A DNA stretch of 64,000 bases from Thermodesulfobacteriota bacterium (GTDB taxonomy: Bacteria; Desulfobacterota; Binatia; Bin18). Below, piece by piece: positions 1 through 10,520 of this stretch. The DNA lies in the NCBI GenBank assembly GCA_964291405.2, contig OZ219926.1:2464001-2528000 (forward strand). Direction: 5' to 3'. Numbering within the stretch: position 1 is the first letter of the stretch; every line of letters begins with the position of its first letter. The position numbers were made by a program, and so were the translations under genes. The notes under the pieces were generated by a model. It searched no databases, was not told the DNA's origin, and was given only the letters and a program-made list of their open reading frames with translations.

Positions 1-1
1 G

Positions 2-859
2 CTGACTTTCTTATATCGTCAGCTCCCAGGCATTATCGAAGATGGGTATTTATGTATTGCTCAGCCTCCCCTGTATAGGGCCAGAAAAGGAAAAACCGAT
101 CACTATCTGAAAGATGATGCCGAGCTCGACGATTTTCTGGTCGATCTCGGCGTTGAACATGTCTTAGTGGGGGAACTTGAGGGGGAAGCGCTGAAAACAT
201 GGGTCAAGAATTCCCTCCGTCTGAACGGTATTCTTGATCTCGTTGAACGGAGAGGAAGAGATCGCAATATTGTCTGTTCTCTTCTCTCTCATCCAGACCT
301 CTCTCCTGCTGCTTTTAGTAGTCGGACCCTTCTTGAGTCTCTTCTCTCTACAGTCGAAAAAGAATTGACAGATCACGTCCAGACCTCTTTTTCCACAGAG
401 GAAGACAGAAAACTTGGCGGATATAGGATTATCGTCACTCAGGGGCTGAACGGTTCCGGGCAAAGAGTGGTCTTTGATCGAGACTTTATTGAGTCAGCAG
501 AGGCCGTGGAAGTGAAAAGACTATTGAGCGCGCTTGCGAATATTGGTCCGGCTCCTTTCACTTTCTCTGCGAAAGATACCGCTCTCATCCTGGGAAGTCA
601 GGAGGAAGTCCTTGATGCAATCTTGGCACGCTCCAGAAAAGGGGTTGATATTCAGCGCTATAAAGGTCTTGGGGAGATGAATCCTGAGCAGCTCTGGGAA
701 ACAACCATGAACCCGGAGACACGGACTCTCTTGCAGGTCAGGATTGAGGATGCCTACGAGGCTGACGAGGTCTTTTCTACTCTCATGGGAGGTGAAGTGG
801 AGCCGAGACGAAAATTCATCTCTGAGAACGCACTCTCCGCCAAGAATATTGATATCTAA
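2..859 (+). CDS. gyrB: DNA gyrase subunit B, C-terminal part (5' end outside window)
   Basis: Frame open from nt 2 ([19 protein letters not shown]); C-terminus [26 protein letters not shown]; directly upstream of gyrA. Confidence 0.97.
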   Translation: MTFLYRQLPGIIEDGYLCIAQPPLYRARKGKTDHYLKDDAELDDFLVDLGVEHVLVGELEGEALKTWVKNSLRLNGILDLVERRGRDRNIVCSLLSHPDLSPAAFSSRTLLESLLSTVEKELTDHVQTSFSTEEDRKLGGYRIIVTQGLNGSGQRVVFDRDFIESAEAVEVKRLLSALANIGPAPFTFSAKDTALILGSQEEVLDAILARSRKGVDIQRYKGLGEMNPEQLWETTMNPETRTLLQVRIEDAYEADEVFSTLMGGEVEPRRKFISENALSAKNIDI

Positions 860-903
860 GCCCACCACGCTCCCTGTTGTAATCAAAAAGGAATCTCCTC
901 TGT

Positions 904-3396
904 ATGGAAGACTATTCTGACTCCCACCCCCTTCCCTCTGTCAATATCGAGCAGGAGATGCGGCAGTCCTATATGGACTACGCCATGAGTGTGATTATTG
1001 GTCGAGCGCTGCCCGATGTCCGTGACGGATTGAAGCCGGTACACCGACGCGTCCTGTACGCCATGCATGACCTCGGGAATGAATGGAATCGTCCATATAA
1101 GAAATCTGCCCGTGTCGTGGGCGACGTAATTGGCAAATACCACCCGCATGGAGATTCGGCCGTCTATGACACCCTTGTGCGTATGGCGCAGGATTTTTCG
1201 TTACGCTATCCGCTCATTGATGGCCAGGGAAACTTTGGCTCTGTTGATGGCGACCCTCCCGCCGCCATGCGGTATACCGAAGTCCGCATGACCCGAATTA
1301 CCTCGGAGTTGCTTGCCGACATTGATCGAGAGACCATTAATTTCATCCCGAACTATGACGATACCAGCCACGAACCAGCTGTTCTCCCAAGTAAATTTCC
1401 CAATCTACTGGTAAACGGCTCTTCTGGAATTGCTGTGGGGATGTCAACCAATATTCCTCCTCACAACCTTGGCGAGGTGATTGATGCCCTCCTGGCTCTG
1501 ATCGAGAACATAGACCTCAAAAACCGTGACCTCATGGAGTACATCCCTGGTCCAGACTTTCCTACTGGAGCCTACATCCACGGACGCTCAGGAGTACGCA
1601 GCGCCTATGAAACTGGGCGGGGCATCATTCAGATGCGGGCTCGGACCTCTATAGAAGAAGATGAGAAGACCGGAAAAAGTCGTATTATTGCACATGAGAT
1701 TCCGTACCAGGTGAATAAGGCCCGTCTGATTGAGCGTATTGCTGATCTGGTCAACGAGAAACGCATTATCGGAATCTCCGACCTGCGTGACGAGTCCGAC
1801 AGGGAGGGCATGCGCATCGTTGTCGAGCTGAAAAGGGATGTTGTCCCACATGTCGTCCTTAATCAGCTGTATAAAATGACCCCTCTTCAGGATTCGTTTG
1901 GGGTCATTCTTCTGGCTATCGTCGATGGCCGCCCTCGCCTCCTGACCCTCAAAGACACTCTCCTGCACTTTCTTGAACATCGCCGAGAGGTGGTCCGCCG
2001 CCGGACTGCCTTTGATCTGCAGAAAGCCAACGAACGCCTCCACCTGCTTGAAGGGCTCAAAAGTGCGCTGGATAATCTCGATCCTGTGCTTCACACCATT
2101 CGTCACGGGCAGAATCCAGCGAGTGTGCGGCAAGCCCTTAAGGACCAATTTGCGCTGACTGAGACACAGGCACAGGCTATTCTTGATATGCGCTTGCAGC
2201 GACTCACCCAACTCGAACAGGAAAAAATTCTCTCCGAGCACAGGGAAACGCTCGGTGTTATTGATTCGCTGCAAAGTATTCTGGCCAGTCCGGAGAAAAT
2301 CGACGGCGTGATCAAAGAAGAGCTGACTGATCTCCGGAGCCGATTTTCCGACGAGCGGAGGACACAGATCCAGTCTGCCAGCGCAGATCTCTCAGACGAA
2401 GACTTGATTGCTGAAGAAGATGTCGTGGTCACCATCTCCCACGCCGGCTACATCAAGAGAAATCCTTTGACCGAATACCGATCGCAGCGGCGGGGAGGAA
2501 AAGGGGTTGTTGGCGCAACAACCCGAGAAGAAGATTTTGTTGAGCATCTCTTTATCTCCTCCACGCATGCCTTCCTGTTATTTTTCTCCTCAATCGGTAA
2601 AGTGTACTGGGTCAAAGTTCATGAAATTCCTCAGGGCAGCCGCATGGCAAAGGGAAAAGCGATAGTCAATCTTCTGCCGCTGCAAGAAGGAGAGAAAATT
2701 TCAGCCTTTCTCCCTATCCGAGAGTTCCGGGACGACGGTTTTATTGTCTTTGCGACCCGTAAAGGGCAGGTCAAGAAAACGAAACTTATGGCCTATGCTA
2801 ATCCTCGTCGCGGTGGAATCATTGCCATTACTCTTGGGGCCGGCGATGAGGTTATAGGCGTCCAACTCACGGACGGTAAACAAGAGATCCTCCTTTCGAC
2901 CAGAAACGGAAAAGCGATTCGATTTGGAGAAGATGAGGTCCGAGCAACCGGCCGCGGCACATCTGGCGTTCGAGGGATGACACTGGAAAAGGGAGACGGC
3001 CTCGTCTCCCTTGAAATCCTCAACCAAGAAGCCACCCTTCTCACAGTGTCGTCCCAAGGGTATGGGAAGCGGAGCAGGATAGAGGACTATCGGCTACAGT
3101 CGCGTGGGGGGAAAGGAATCAGTACAATGCGCACCACGGACAAGACTGGAGCGGTCTGTGGTGCGCGACAGGTGAAGGAGGACGACGACTTGATGCTCGT
3201 GACGGATAGCGGCAAGATAATACGGATTCGGCTTGCTGAGTTGCGGGTGATCGGCAGGAATACCCAAGGTGTTAAACTCTTTAACGTTGGCGCAGATGGA
3301 TACGTCTCCAGTATCGCCTTGGTCGCAGAAGAGGGGAGAGTCGAAAACGGAGAAGCAGTTCTCAATTCACACAGTATGGAGGAGCAACAGCTATGA
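904..3396 (+). CDS. gyrA: DNA gyrase subunit A
   Basis: [44 protein letters not shown], GyrA-box QRRGGKG. Confidence 0.99.
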   Translation: MEDYSDSHPLPSVNIEQEMRQSYMDYAMSVIIGRALPDVRDGLKPVHRRVLYAMHDLGNEWNRPYKKSARVVGDVIGKYHPHGDSAVYDTLVRMAQDFSLRYPLIDGQGNFGSVDGDPPAAMRYTEVRMTRITSELLADIDRETINFIPNYDDTSHEPAVLPSKFPNLLVNGSSGIAVGMSTNIPPHNLGEVIDALLALIENIDLKNRDLMEYIPGPDFPTGAYIHGRSGVRSAYETGRGIIQMRARTSIEEDEKTGKSRIIAHEIPYQVNKARLIERIADLVNEKRIIGISDLRDESDREGMRIVVELKRDVVPHVVLNQLYKMTPLQDSFGVILLAIVDGRPRLLTLKDTLLHFLEHRREVVRRRTAFDLQKANERLHLLEGLKSALDNLDPVLHTIRHGQNPASVRQALKDQFALTETQAQAILDMRLQRLTQLEQEKILSEHRETLGVIDSLQSILASPEKIDGVIKEELTDLRSRFSDERRTQIQSASADLSDEDLIAEEDVVVTISHAGYIKRNPLTEYRSQRRGGKGVVGATTREEDFVEHLFISSTHAFLLFFSSIGKVYWVKVHEIPQGSRMAKGKAIVNLLPLQEGEKISAFLPIREFRDDGFIVFATRKGQVKKTKLMAYANPRRGGIIAITLGAGDEVIGVQLTDGKQEILLSTRNGKAIRFGEDEVRATGRGTSGVRGMTLEKGDGLVSLEILNQEATLLTVSSQGYGKRSRIEDYRLQSRGGKGISTMRTTDKTGAVCGARQVKEDDDLMLVTDSGKIIRIRLAELRVIGRNTQGVKLFNVGADGYVSSIALVAEEGRVENGEAVLNSHSMEEQQL

Positions 3397-3863
3397 GCAT
3401 TCAGGTAGGCCAAACAGCCCCGGATTTTACACTCAAGACCAATAAGATGCAGGATTTTGCACTCAGTGAGGCGAAGGGGAAGAAGAATACCGTCATCCTT
3501 TTTGTTCCCTTCGCCTTTACCGGTGGGTGAACGAAGGAATTGTGCTCGGTTCGAGACAATATCAACACGTTGCAGAATGACGATACTCAGGTTGTGGCCA
3601 TTAGCGTGGACAGCCCTTTCTCGCTTGACGCATGGGCGGCGAAAGAAGGCTATGATTTTCCACTGCTGAGTGACTTTGGGAAAGAAGTCTCTCAGGCGTA
3701 CGGGTCGTTCTATGAAGACTTGATTGGTTTCAAAGGCGTCTCCAAACGTTCGGCCTTTGTCGTAGACAAGAGCGGGACGGTCCGGTACGCTTGGATTACA
3801 GAAGACGCCAGCCAGCTTCCTGACCTGGACCCCATACGGGACTGTCTCCAGAATTGCGGATAA
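3393..3863 (+). CDS. AhpC/TSA-family peroxiredoxin, predicted selenoprotein (TGA 3528-3530 = Sec46), 156 aa
   Basis: ATG overlaps gyrA stop with GGAGGAG SD; [27 protein letters not shown] continues in frame into ORF 3540..3863; TGA occupies the peroxidatic Cys position; hairpin follows. Confidence 0.9.
3539..3560 (+). promoter_or_regulatory. SECIS-like hairpin of peroxiredoxin
   Basis: ATTGT-G-CTC[GGTTC]GAG-ACAAT; apical loop starts after a 17-nt spacer from the UGA. Confidence 0.7.
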
Positions 3864-3900
3864 GATGACCTCGCATACTGAAGGGCGGGGCTCACTCAGC

Positions 3901-3951
3901 AAAGAGTAAACGTGCCTAGCTTCTTTGAATTGGAGGGCACGTTTACTCTTT
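3901..3951 (-). repeat. Palindromic element copy 1 (51 bp); supplies stop codon of ORF 3943..4197
   Basis: AAAGAGTAAACGTGCC..GGCACGTTTACTCTTT arms; loop contains TCCAAT on - strand. Confidence 0.9.
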
Positions 3952-4197
3952 CTCGCCTTTCCTTCCCTTCCCCCGTATCACCAGGAGAATGAGTAGCGTG
4001 AGGGCCCATATGCCAAACAGCAGCCCACTCACGACCCAGGGGTAGAGTGGCCGGTTATTTCTTTTGGCCATGAGGCCACAGGCAATCCCGTCAAGAAAGT
4101 GAATAAAGAGCGTCGTCCCAACAAGCGCCGGAAAGGTAATGGTCTCGTCGAGGAAACGTAAGCCGGTGAAATACCCAAGAAAGACTGCGAAATCCAC
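3943..4197 (-). CDS. Small membrane protein
   Basis: 84 aa, two to three hydrophobic segments, GGGAG SD upstream. Confidence 0.7.
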   Translation of the reverse strand: MDFAVFLGYFTGLRFLDETITFPALVGTTLFIHFLDGIACGLMAKRNNRPLYPWVVSGLLFGIWALTLLILLVIRGKGRKGEKE

Positions 4198-4265
4198 ATG
4201 ATCTCCCTATTGCTGACCGGGTTGTTCCTGTCGGATTTTCCTGAACAGCATCTTACTCCCTGAGT

Positions 4266-4604
4266 ATGGACGAAGAGAAAACGGTTTTCGAGAAGCTCTA
4301 CGAGGCAAATAGAGAGAACTTTACAAATCTTGTAAAGGACCTCTTGGCACAGGGCTGCATGCACGACGTTATGGAGAAGACGTTTCGGGACACTGTTCAG
4401 GCGAGGGAAGAAGTCGCCCGCAATATGGAGGCGATACTCTCTCTGCTGAATATACCCTCCAGGACAGATTACGAGCATCTAGTGGAAAGGGTTGAAGAAG
4501 TCCAAGGCAATCTGCTCAACCTCAATATGAAGCTTGACCGTTTACTCGCGAAAAAAGACAAGACGCACCGACGTTCCACTGGTAAAAAAAAGAAGAAAAA
4601 ATAG
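4266..4604 (+). CDS. Coiled-coil protein, PhaE/phasin-like
   Basis: LSLLNIPSRTDYEHLVERVEEV resembles the LNLPTR/S-x-D/E motif of PHA granule-associated proteins; basic tail. Confidence 0.5.
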   Translation: MDEEKTVFEKLYEANRENFTNLVKDLLAQGCMHDVMEKTFRDTVQAREEVARNMEAILSLLNIPSRTDYEHLVERVEEVQGNLLNLNMKLDRLLAKKDKTHRRSTGKKKKKK

Positions 4605-4643
4605 GAAAGGCTGCAATCACCGCGTGGTGGTAAGCCCCCAATC

Positions 4644-5336
4644 ATGGCGTCGCCCATCCACACTTGGCCCGAATCTGACCGACCGCGTGAGAAACTGATC
4701 GAGCACGGGGCGGCAGCCCTCTCCAATGCAGAACTCCTTGCTATTATCCTCCGTACCGGCGATGCAAGTTCAGGACAGAGCGCGCTTGACCACGGTCGGG
4801 CGCTTGTCTCCCGTTTTGGGGACTCTTTCCGAAAACTGGAAGAGGCGAGCACGGCCGAACTGTGCGAGGTCAAAGGTATCGGGCCGGCAAAAGCCGCACA
4901 GATAAAAGCCTCATTGGAGATTGCGAAGCGCTTCTCACAAGAAGAAATTCGACGGGGCGATTCGTTTAGCTCAAGTGCTGATGTCTTCAATCACTACCGT
5001 GAACAACTCGGCAGTCTCAAAAAAGAAGAATTTCACGTGCTTCTCCTGGACGCCAAAAACCGAAAACTCAAAGACGTGCGTGTATCGGAGGGCTCTTTGA
5101 CCTCCTCCTTGGTCCACCCCCGTGAGGTTTTTCAGCCCATCATCCGCGAGTCGGCCGCGGCCGCGATCTTGGTGCATAACCACCCCAGTGGCGATCCGAT
5201 GCCGAGCCAGGAAGACCTCAAAATCACCCAGCGCCTCAGGGAGGTCGGAGAAGTGATGGGCATCCACATTCTGGACCACCTGATTATTGGCAAAGGCCGC
5301 TATATTAGTTTTGTCGATGATGGGTACTGGGATTAA
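4644..5336 (+). CDS. radC: RadC/JAB-domain protein
   Basis: DRPREKL..LSNAELLAIILRTG; HhH GIGPAKA; JAB HNHPSGDPMPSQED..LDHLIIG. Confidence 0.95.
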   Translation: MASPIHTWPESDRPREKLIEHGAAALSNAELLAIILRTGDASSGQSALDHGRALVSRFGDSFRKLEEASTAELCEVKGIGPAKAAQIKASLEIAKRFSQEEIRRGDSFSSSADVFNHYREQLGSLKKEEFHVLLLDAKNRKLKDVRVSEGSLTSSLVHPREVFQPIIRESAAAAILVHNHPSGDPMPSQEDLKITQRLREVGEVMGIHILDHLIIGKGRYISFVDDGYWD

Positions 5337-5386
5337 AGAGTAAATGTGTCCTCCAATAAACATGATGCTGGACACGTTTACTCTTT
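5335..5386 (+). repeat. Palindromic element copy 2 (52 bp), overlapping radC stop
   Basis: AAAGAGTAAATGTGTCC-TCCAATAAACATGATGCT-GGACACGTTTACTCTTT. Confidence 0.9.
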
Positions 5387-5393
5387 AGAGGCC

Positions 5394-6240
5394 ATGGGAC
5401 TCAATAGGAGCCTGCTTGGCAAGGAGTACGACCCGCAGTCGTATGTCGTCAGCGCCGAGGCAATCATGGCCTACGCGCGTGCGTATAATGAGGATAACGC
5501 TTGGTTTTTTGACGCAGACAGACCCGAAGGCATTCTTGCGCCACCGATGTTTGGTGCTGTGACAAGCTGGCTCTCGCTGATGATGGTCGTGACTGACGCC
5601 GAGCTGAATGTCGATGTCCTCCGCCTGGTTCACAGTCGGCAAGACATGCGCTTCCTCCATCCGATTGTTCCGGGAGACACTATCAACAGCACGGCACGAA
5701 TTGTCGCTGTTGAGGAGCAGCCTGGAGGGGAGTCTCTTGCCGTTGATATTGACTGTTGTAATCAGACGGGCGAGACCGTTCAGCACATCACATTTACCGC
5801 CTTTATCCGAGACCAGGGACATCGCCCCCGGAAGAGAACAGCGGCCAACGAGACTCCCGATAGCGAACCCCTGTATCGTATCTCCCAGACCATCGACGCG
5901 GATCAAACATTTCGCTATGCGAAAGCGTCAGGAGATCACAATCCCATTCACATCGATGAAAACGTCGCCAAGCTGGCAGGACTGCCGGGCATTATCGTCC
6001 ACGGCCTGTGCACCTTGGCGTTTGCATCCAAAGCCATTATTGACAGCGTATGCGAGAAAGGACCCCCGCCGCCTCAAGCGGCTCAGCGCCGGATTCGCTC
6101 GACCGGTGCTCCCCGGTCAGACGATTACCACAGCCATATGGCCGGATACAAATCCAGGCTCCTATCGATATGAGACGGTCAATCCCAACGGGCGAGCCGT
6201 CATCAAGCCCGGCTATGCGGAGATTAGAGAGGTTTTGTAG
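5394..6240 (+). CDS. Double hot-dog MaoC/PhaJ-like (R)-enoyl-CoA hydratase, +1 frameshift near 6058 (error or pseudogene)
   Basis: YAKASGDHNPIHID..GLPGIIVHGLCT in ORF 5346..6173; expected C-terminus DPRRLKRLSAGFARPVLPGQTI lies in frame of ORF 5608..6240. Confidence 0.8.
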
Positions 6241-6253
6241 AAACCTGAGGTGG

Positions 6254-6692
6254 CTAGAACGGCACGTCATCATCCGGGGGAACTGAGCCCGCCCCAGCAT
6301 CATCAAAACCGCCGCTTGGCCCGTCATCAAACGACTGCCCCGAACGTGCTCCTCCGCCGTCACGACCGCCGAGGAACGTCACGTTGCTGAGCGTTGATCT
6401 CAGTAAAATACCGTTTATTCCCTTCCCTGTCCTCGTAACTGCGTGGACGGATGGACCCCTCAATATACACTTGTCGGCCTTTGGAGAGATATTGGCCGCA
6501 CGTCTCAGCTTGTTTGCCCCACACCACAATATTGTGCCAGTCTGTGCGTTCCTGCCGGTCGCTTTCCCGGCCTGTCCAGGTCTCTGTCGTGGCCACGGTG
6601 AAACTTGCCACGGCCTGCCCACTCTGCGTGTAGCGCACCTCTGGATCTCTGCCGAGATTTCCAACAATAATCGCTTTGTTCACCGAAGCCAT
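6254..6692 (-). CDS. ssb: Single-stranded DNA-binding protein, +1 frameshift near 6386
   Basis: MASVNKAIIVGNLGRDPE..TDWHNIVVWG..TEINAQ then one extra base; NVTFLGG..DDDVPF acidic tail in other frame. Confidence 0.9.
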
Positions 6693-6847
6693 GGCGTTTC
6701 CTCCCTGTCCTGAGCCTATTGAAGGGCCTGACGGGAACCGTACCAACCCCGTCTTTTGAAGTCAATCTGACCGGCCAGAGGGGCATGGGGATTGTTGCTC
6801 TTCTCTTGCTCGCTTATATTCGTTCCCGTCTGCATGAGGAAAACATA

Positions 6848-8626
6848 ATGCTAAAGGCTCGTATTGTCCAAAGAGGAAAGCGTATTCTCTTGTTGCTGGT
6901 CGTACTCATCCCCTTTACCGGAATGGCGTATGGCGCGGATACGCCTGGCCTTGGAGAAAATTCTCCATTCGTCTCAACCTCCCGGCACGGTATGGTCGTT
7001 GCCGCGAACGCGCCAGCGAGCGAAGCCGGTGCCGCCATGCTCCGCCGGGGAGGCAATGCGGTTGATGCGGCGGTTGCCACATCCTTTGCCATCAGCGTGC
7101 TCAGGCCACAGTCAACCGGAATAGGCGGCGGCGGTTTTCTGCTGCTCTATCTGGCGAAGGAAGGAAAAACCCTGGCGATTGATTTCCGCGAGCGGGCGCC
7201 GCTCAAAGCTACCCGAGACATGTTTGTCCGGGACGGAGAAGCCGTCCCCTCCCTGAGCCGCACCGGACCGCTGGCCGTCGCCGTGCCCGGTATCGTTGCC
7301 GGACTGGTGGAGGTCCAGCAACGATACGGCAGCTTATCGCTCGCAGAGGTCATGCAACCCGCCATTCGTCTGGCAGACGAGGGATTTCCGGTCTATCCGC
7401 ATTTGGCCCGCGCCATAGCCTACCGAGCCGAGGTCTTAGGGGAATCCAACGCAACCCGTGCGGTGTATTACCGGAACGATCAACCGCTCAAACAGGACGA
7501 CCTCTTTGTCCAAAAAGACTTGGCCAATACCCTGCGGGCTATTGCCAAGGACGGTAAGGCTGCCTTCTACACCGGCCGGGTGGCAGAGGCAATTGTCACG
7601 GAAATGCAACGGATAGGCGGCTTGCTGACCCAGGAAGATTTGGATCAGTATAGCGTGATTGACCGTACGCCGGTGACGGGAACCTTCCAGGGGGCGCGCA
7701 TCTATTCCATGCCGCTGCCGAGCTCTGGAGGCATTCTGCTTGTCCAGATGCTGAATGTCTTGTCAGGATTTCCTCTGCAAAAGCTCGGATTCCAGACTCC
7801 CGGACCTACGCATATCCTGACAGAAACCATGCGCAGGGCCTTTCGTGACCGAGCCCGTTACCTGGGCGATACGGATTTTGTGTCCGTTCCCGTTGAGCGT
7901 CTCGTCTCTCCCGCATACGCAGAAGACGTACGGGCGAATATAGATGTCTCCAAAGCCACGCCCAGCCAGGGCATTCCGCAAACACCAACAGGCCGGATAG
8001 AGTCGACGAGCACGACTCATCTGTCCGTCACTGACAAAGATGGCAACGCCGTGGCCACAACCCAGACGGTGAACCTGTATTTCGGCAGTGGGGTCATGGT
8101 TCCCGGAACCGGTATTATGCTCAACGACGAGATGGACGATTTCAACGCCCAGCCCGACCATCCCAACGCCTTTGGCCTGATTGGCAATACGGACGCGAAT
8201 GCTATCGCCCCTCGGAAGACGCCACTGAGCAGCATGAGTCCAACCATTGTGGCCCGGGACGGAAAAGTCGAACTCGTAATTGGCGGACCCGGCGGGTCGC
8301 GCATAATCAGCTCGGTTCTGCAAGTCATGCTCAATGTCCTCGCCTACCAGATGTCCTTGCCGGATGCCATGTTTGCCACGCGCATTCATCATCAGTGGTA
8401 TCCGGACCGGCTGAACCTGGAAGTCCAAACGGGCAGTGAACCGAACGGGCTCATCGAAAAGCTTCAGGCTATGGGCCACACTGTGAAGGTCGTGGAATGG
8501 GGCCCCGGCAAGCGTTCCCGCTTTGGTAACATCCAGGCGATTCATGTTGACCAAGAGTCCGGACTGATAACCGGGGTCTCCGATCCCCGCGGAGAAGGAC
8601 AACCGCGCGGCCTGGACGCCGGGTAG
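6848..8626 (+). CDS. ggt: Gamma-glutamyltransferase (exported)
   Basis: Signal peptide; GGNAVDAAVA, IDFRERAP, STTHLSV nucleophile, PLSSMSPT, GGPGGSRI, SDPRGEG. Confidence 0.95.
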   Translation: MLKARIVQRGKRILLLLVVLIPFTGMAYGADTPGLGENSPFVSTSRHGMVVAANAPASEAGAAMLRRGGNAVDAAVATSFAISVLRPQSTGIGGGGFLLLYLAKEGKTLAIDFRERAPLKATRDMFVRDGEAVPSLSRTGPLAVAVPGIVAGLVEVQQRYGSLSLAEVMQPAIRLADEGFPVYPHLARAIAYRAEVLGESNATRAVYYRNDQPLKQDDLFVQKDLANTLRAIAKDGKAAFYTGRVAEAIVTEMQRIGGLLTQEDLDQYSVIDRTPVTGTFQGARIYSMPLPSSGGILLVQMLNVLSGFPLQKLGFQTPGPTHILTETMRRAFRDRARYLGDTDFVSVPVERLVSPAYAEDVRANIDVSKATPSQGIPQTPTGRIESTSTTHLSVTDKDGNAVATTQTVNLYFGSGVMVPGTGIMLNDEMDDFNAQPDHPNAFGLIGNTDANAIAPRKTPLSSMSPTIVARDGKVELVIGGPGGSRIISSVLQVMLNVLAYQMSLPDAMFATRIHHQWYPDRLNLEVQTGSEPNGLIEKLQAMGHTVKVVEWGPGKRSRFGNIQAIHVDQESGLITGVSDPRGEGQPRGLDAG

Positions 8627-8673
8627 CGGAAGGGGCTAGGATCAAGCCAGTTTCTTTGCGAAGGGAGTCTGCC

Positions 8674-9855
8674 GTGGCGGATTTTATAGACACCGATTTC
8701 TATCTCATTGAAGAACTGTTGAGTGAAGAAGAACGCCTGGTACGTGATGTGGCGCGCCGCTTCGTGGATGAGGAGTTCCTACCCAGGGTGCAGCAGTGTT
8801 TCCGCGAAGGCTCTTTTCCCATGGAGCTTGTCCCCCGACTGGCCGAGCTGGGCTTTCTGGGAGTGACGGTGCCAACCGAGTACGGCGGTGCCGGTATGAA
8901 CAGCGTCGTCTACGGCCTGATCAGCCAGGAGCTCGAGCGCGGGGATAGTGGGTTGCGTTCATTCGCCAGCGTGCAGTCGTCCTTGGTGATGTATCCGATT
9001 CTGACGTTTGGCTCGGAGGAGCAAAAGAAATTCTGGCTGCCCCGCCTGGCGCGGGCCGAGGCTATTGGGTGCTTTGGCCTGACCGAACCGGACTTTGGCT
9101 CGAATCCGGGTGGGATGATAACCCGCGCGCGGCGGGAAAACGGGGGTTACCTGCTCAACGGAACCAAGCGCTGGATCACCAACGGCTCAATCTCTGATGT
9201 GGCTGTGGTGTGGGCCAAGCTCGAAGAGGACGGCACGGATGTGATTCGTGGCTTCCTGGTTGAAAAAGAACGCGCAGGTTTCACCCGGCAAAACATTGAC
9301 GGAAAATTCAGTTTTCGGGCGTCCGTGACTTCGGAGTTGATTTTCGAGGATTGCTGGATTCCTGAAGACAATCTGCTGCCGAAGACCGGTGGCCTCAAAT
9401 CCCCGCTCATGTGCCTGACCCAGGCGCGTTACGGAATCTCCTGGGGTGCGACCGGGGCGGCCATAGCCTGCTATGAGTGCGCGGTCGATTACGCCCAAAA
9501 CCGCAAGATGTTCTCGCGCCCGATCGGCGGCTATCAGCTCGTACAGGCCAAACTCGTGACCATGCTGACCGAGATCACGAAAGCGCAGCTTTTGGCCTAC
9601 CGGCTGGGCCGACTCAAGGACGCGGGCAAGATGCGGCCGGACCAAGTCAGTATGGCCAAGATGAATAATGTTTCGACCGCGTTGCACACCACGCGGCTCG
9701 CTCGGGACATTCTCGGCGGGAACGGCATCACGGATGAGTATCCGATTATTCGCCATCTCCTCAACCTTGAGACGGTCAATACCTACGAAGGCACCGAGGA
9801 TATCCACCGCCTGACGCTTGGCCGCTATATTACCGGGTTGAGTGCGTTTGAGTGA
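8674..9855 (+). CDS. Acyl-CoA dehydrogenase, glutaryl-CoA dehydrogenase-like
   Basis: ELERGDSGLRS, GCFGLTEPDFGSNPG, KRWITNG, LGGNGITDEYP, TYEGTEDIH; GTG start with AGGGAG SD. Confidence 0.9.
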   Translation: MADFIDTDFYLIEELLSEEERLVRDVARRFVDEEFLPRVQQCFREGSFPMELVPRLAELGFLGVTVPTEYGGAGMNSVVYGLISQELERGDSGLRSFASVQSSLVMYPILTFGSEEQKKFWLPRLARAEAIGCFGLTEPDFGSNPGGMITRARRENGGYLLNGTKRWITNGSISDVAVVWAKLEEDGTDVIRGFLVEKERAGFTRQNIDGKFSFRASVTSELIFEDCWIPEDNLLPKTGGLKSPLMCLTQARYGISWGATGAAIACYECAVDYAQNRKMFSRPIGGYQLVQAKLVTMLTEITKAQLLAYRLGRLKDAGKMRPDQVSMAKMNNVSTALHTTRLARDILGGNGITDEYPIIRHLLNLETVNTYEGTEDIHRLTLGRYITGLSAFE

Positions 9856-10520
9856 ACGCCTTAGTCTATGAGGTTGAGCCTACCGAGGTGGTCATAGGCT
9901 CACGTTCGCTGACTCTGCTCCGGGTAAAAGATCTTGAGCGGCTGGTTGACCGCGAGGCCCTGCTGCGCGACAACACGGAGGAGCCACCGTACTGGGCGCA
10001 CCTGTGGACCGGGGCGCTGACCCTGGCCCGCTATCTAGATAGTTTTATCGATGTTCGCGATCAGACTGTGCTCGACCTCGGCTGTGGACTTGGGTTGACC
10101 GGTATCGTCGCCGCGCAAAAAGGGGGGCGGGTTACCTTTGCCGACAAGGAAGTTGCCGCGGTGTCTTTTGCGCGGGAGAACGCGCGGTTAAACGGATGTG
10201 CGCGATACGGGGTGCAGCAAATCGACTTTACCCAGGATATATTGGAGACAGATTTCGCGCTCATCCTTGGCGCGGAGATTTTATACGACAGGCCAACCTT
10301 CCCCGCCTTGGTGCGTTTTCTCGCCAGGCACCTCTCCCCCGCTGGGCGGGCTATCCTTGCCGACGCCAAACGGACGAATACCCAAGATTTTTATCAGCGG
10401 CTTGACCAAGCAGGCCTGCAATGGACCCAGGAAGAAGTGCGCGAGCGGGAAGACCACTTGCCCCTGCCCGTCGCTATTGTCACCATACAGAGAGGAGTAG
10501 GGAGGGTAAAGCAGTGGTGA
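9852..10520 (+). CDS. Class I SAM methyltransferase, MTF16/METTL20-like protein lysine methyltransferase
   Basis: PPYWAHLWTGALTLARY, VLDLGCGLGL, LILGAEILY. Confidence 0.75.
   Translation: MNALVYEVEPTEVVIGSRSLTLLRVKDLERLVDREALLRDNTEEPPYWAHLWTGALTLARYLDSFIDVRDQTVLDLGCGLGLTGIVAAQKGGRVTFADKEVAAVSFARENARLNGCARYGVQQIDFTQDILETDFALILGAEILYDRPTFPALVRFLARHLSPAGRAILADAKRTNTQDFYQRLDQAGLQWTQEEVREREDHLPLPVAIVTIQRGVGRVKQW

Noticed and set aside
3087-3902. Long antisense ORFs (also 1588..2274, 7763..8602, 46770..47543, 53913..54809, 59331..60092)
   Set aside because: Shadows of well-supported genes on the opposite strand with no recognisable motifs.
5346-5393. N-terminal extension MSSNKHDAGHVYSL of the MaoC ORF as a fourth coding insertion
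   Set aside because: It is repeat copy 2 read from a GTG; ATG 5394 with a GAGG SD is the more plausible start.
6868-6892. CAAAGAGGAAAGCG near ggt start and AAAGAGGAAAG before jag as extra repeat copies
   Set aside because: Only a partial arm, with no partner arm or loop motif; consistent with chance or SD sequence.
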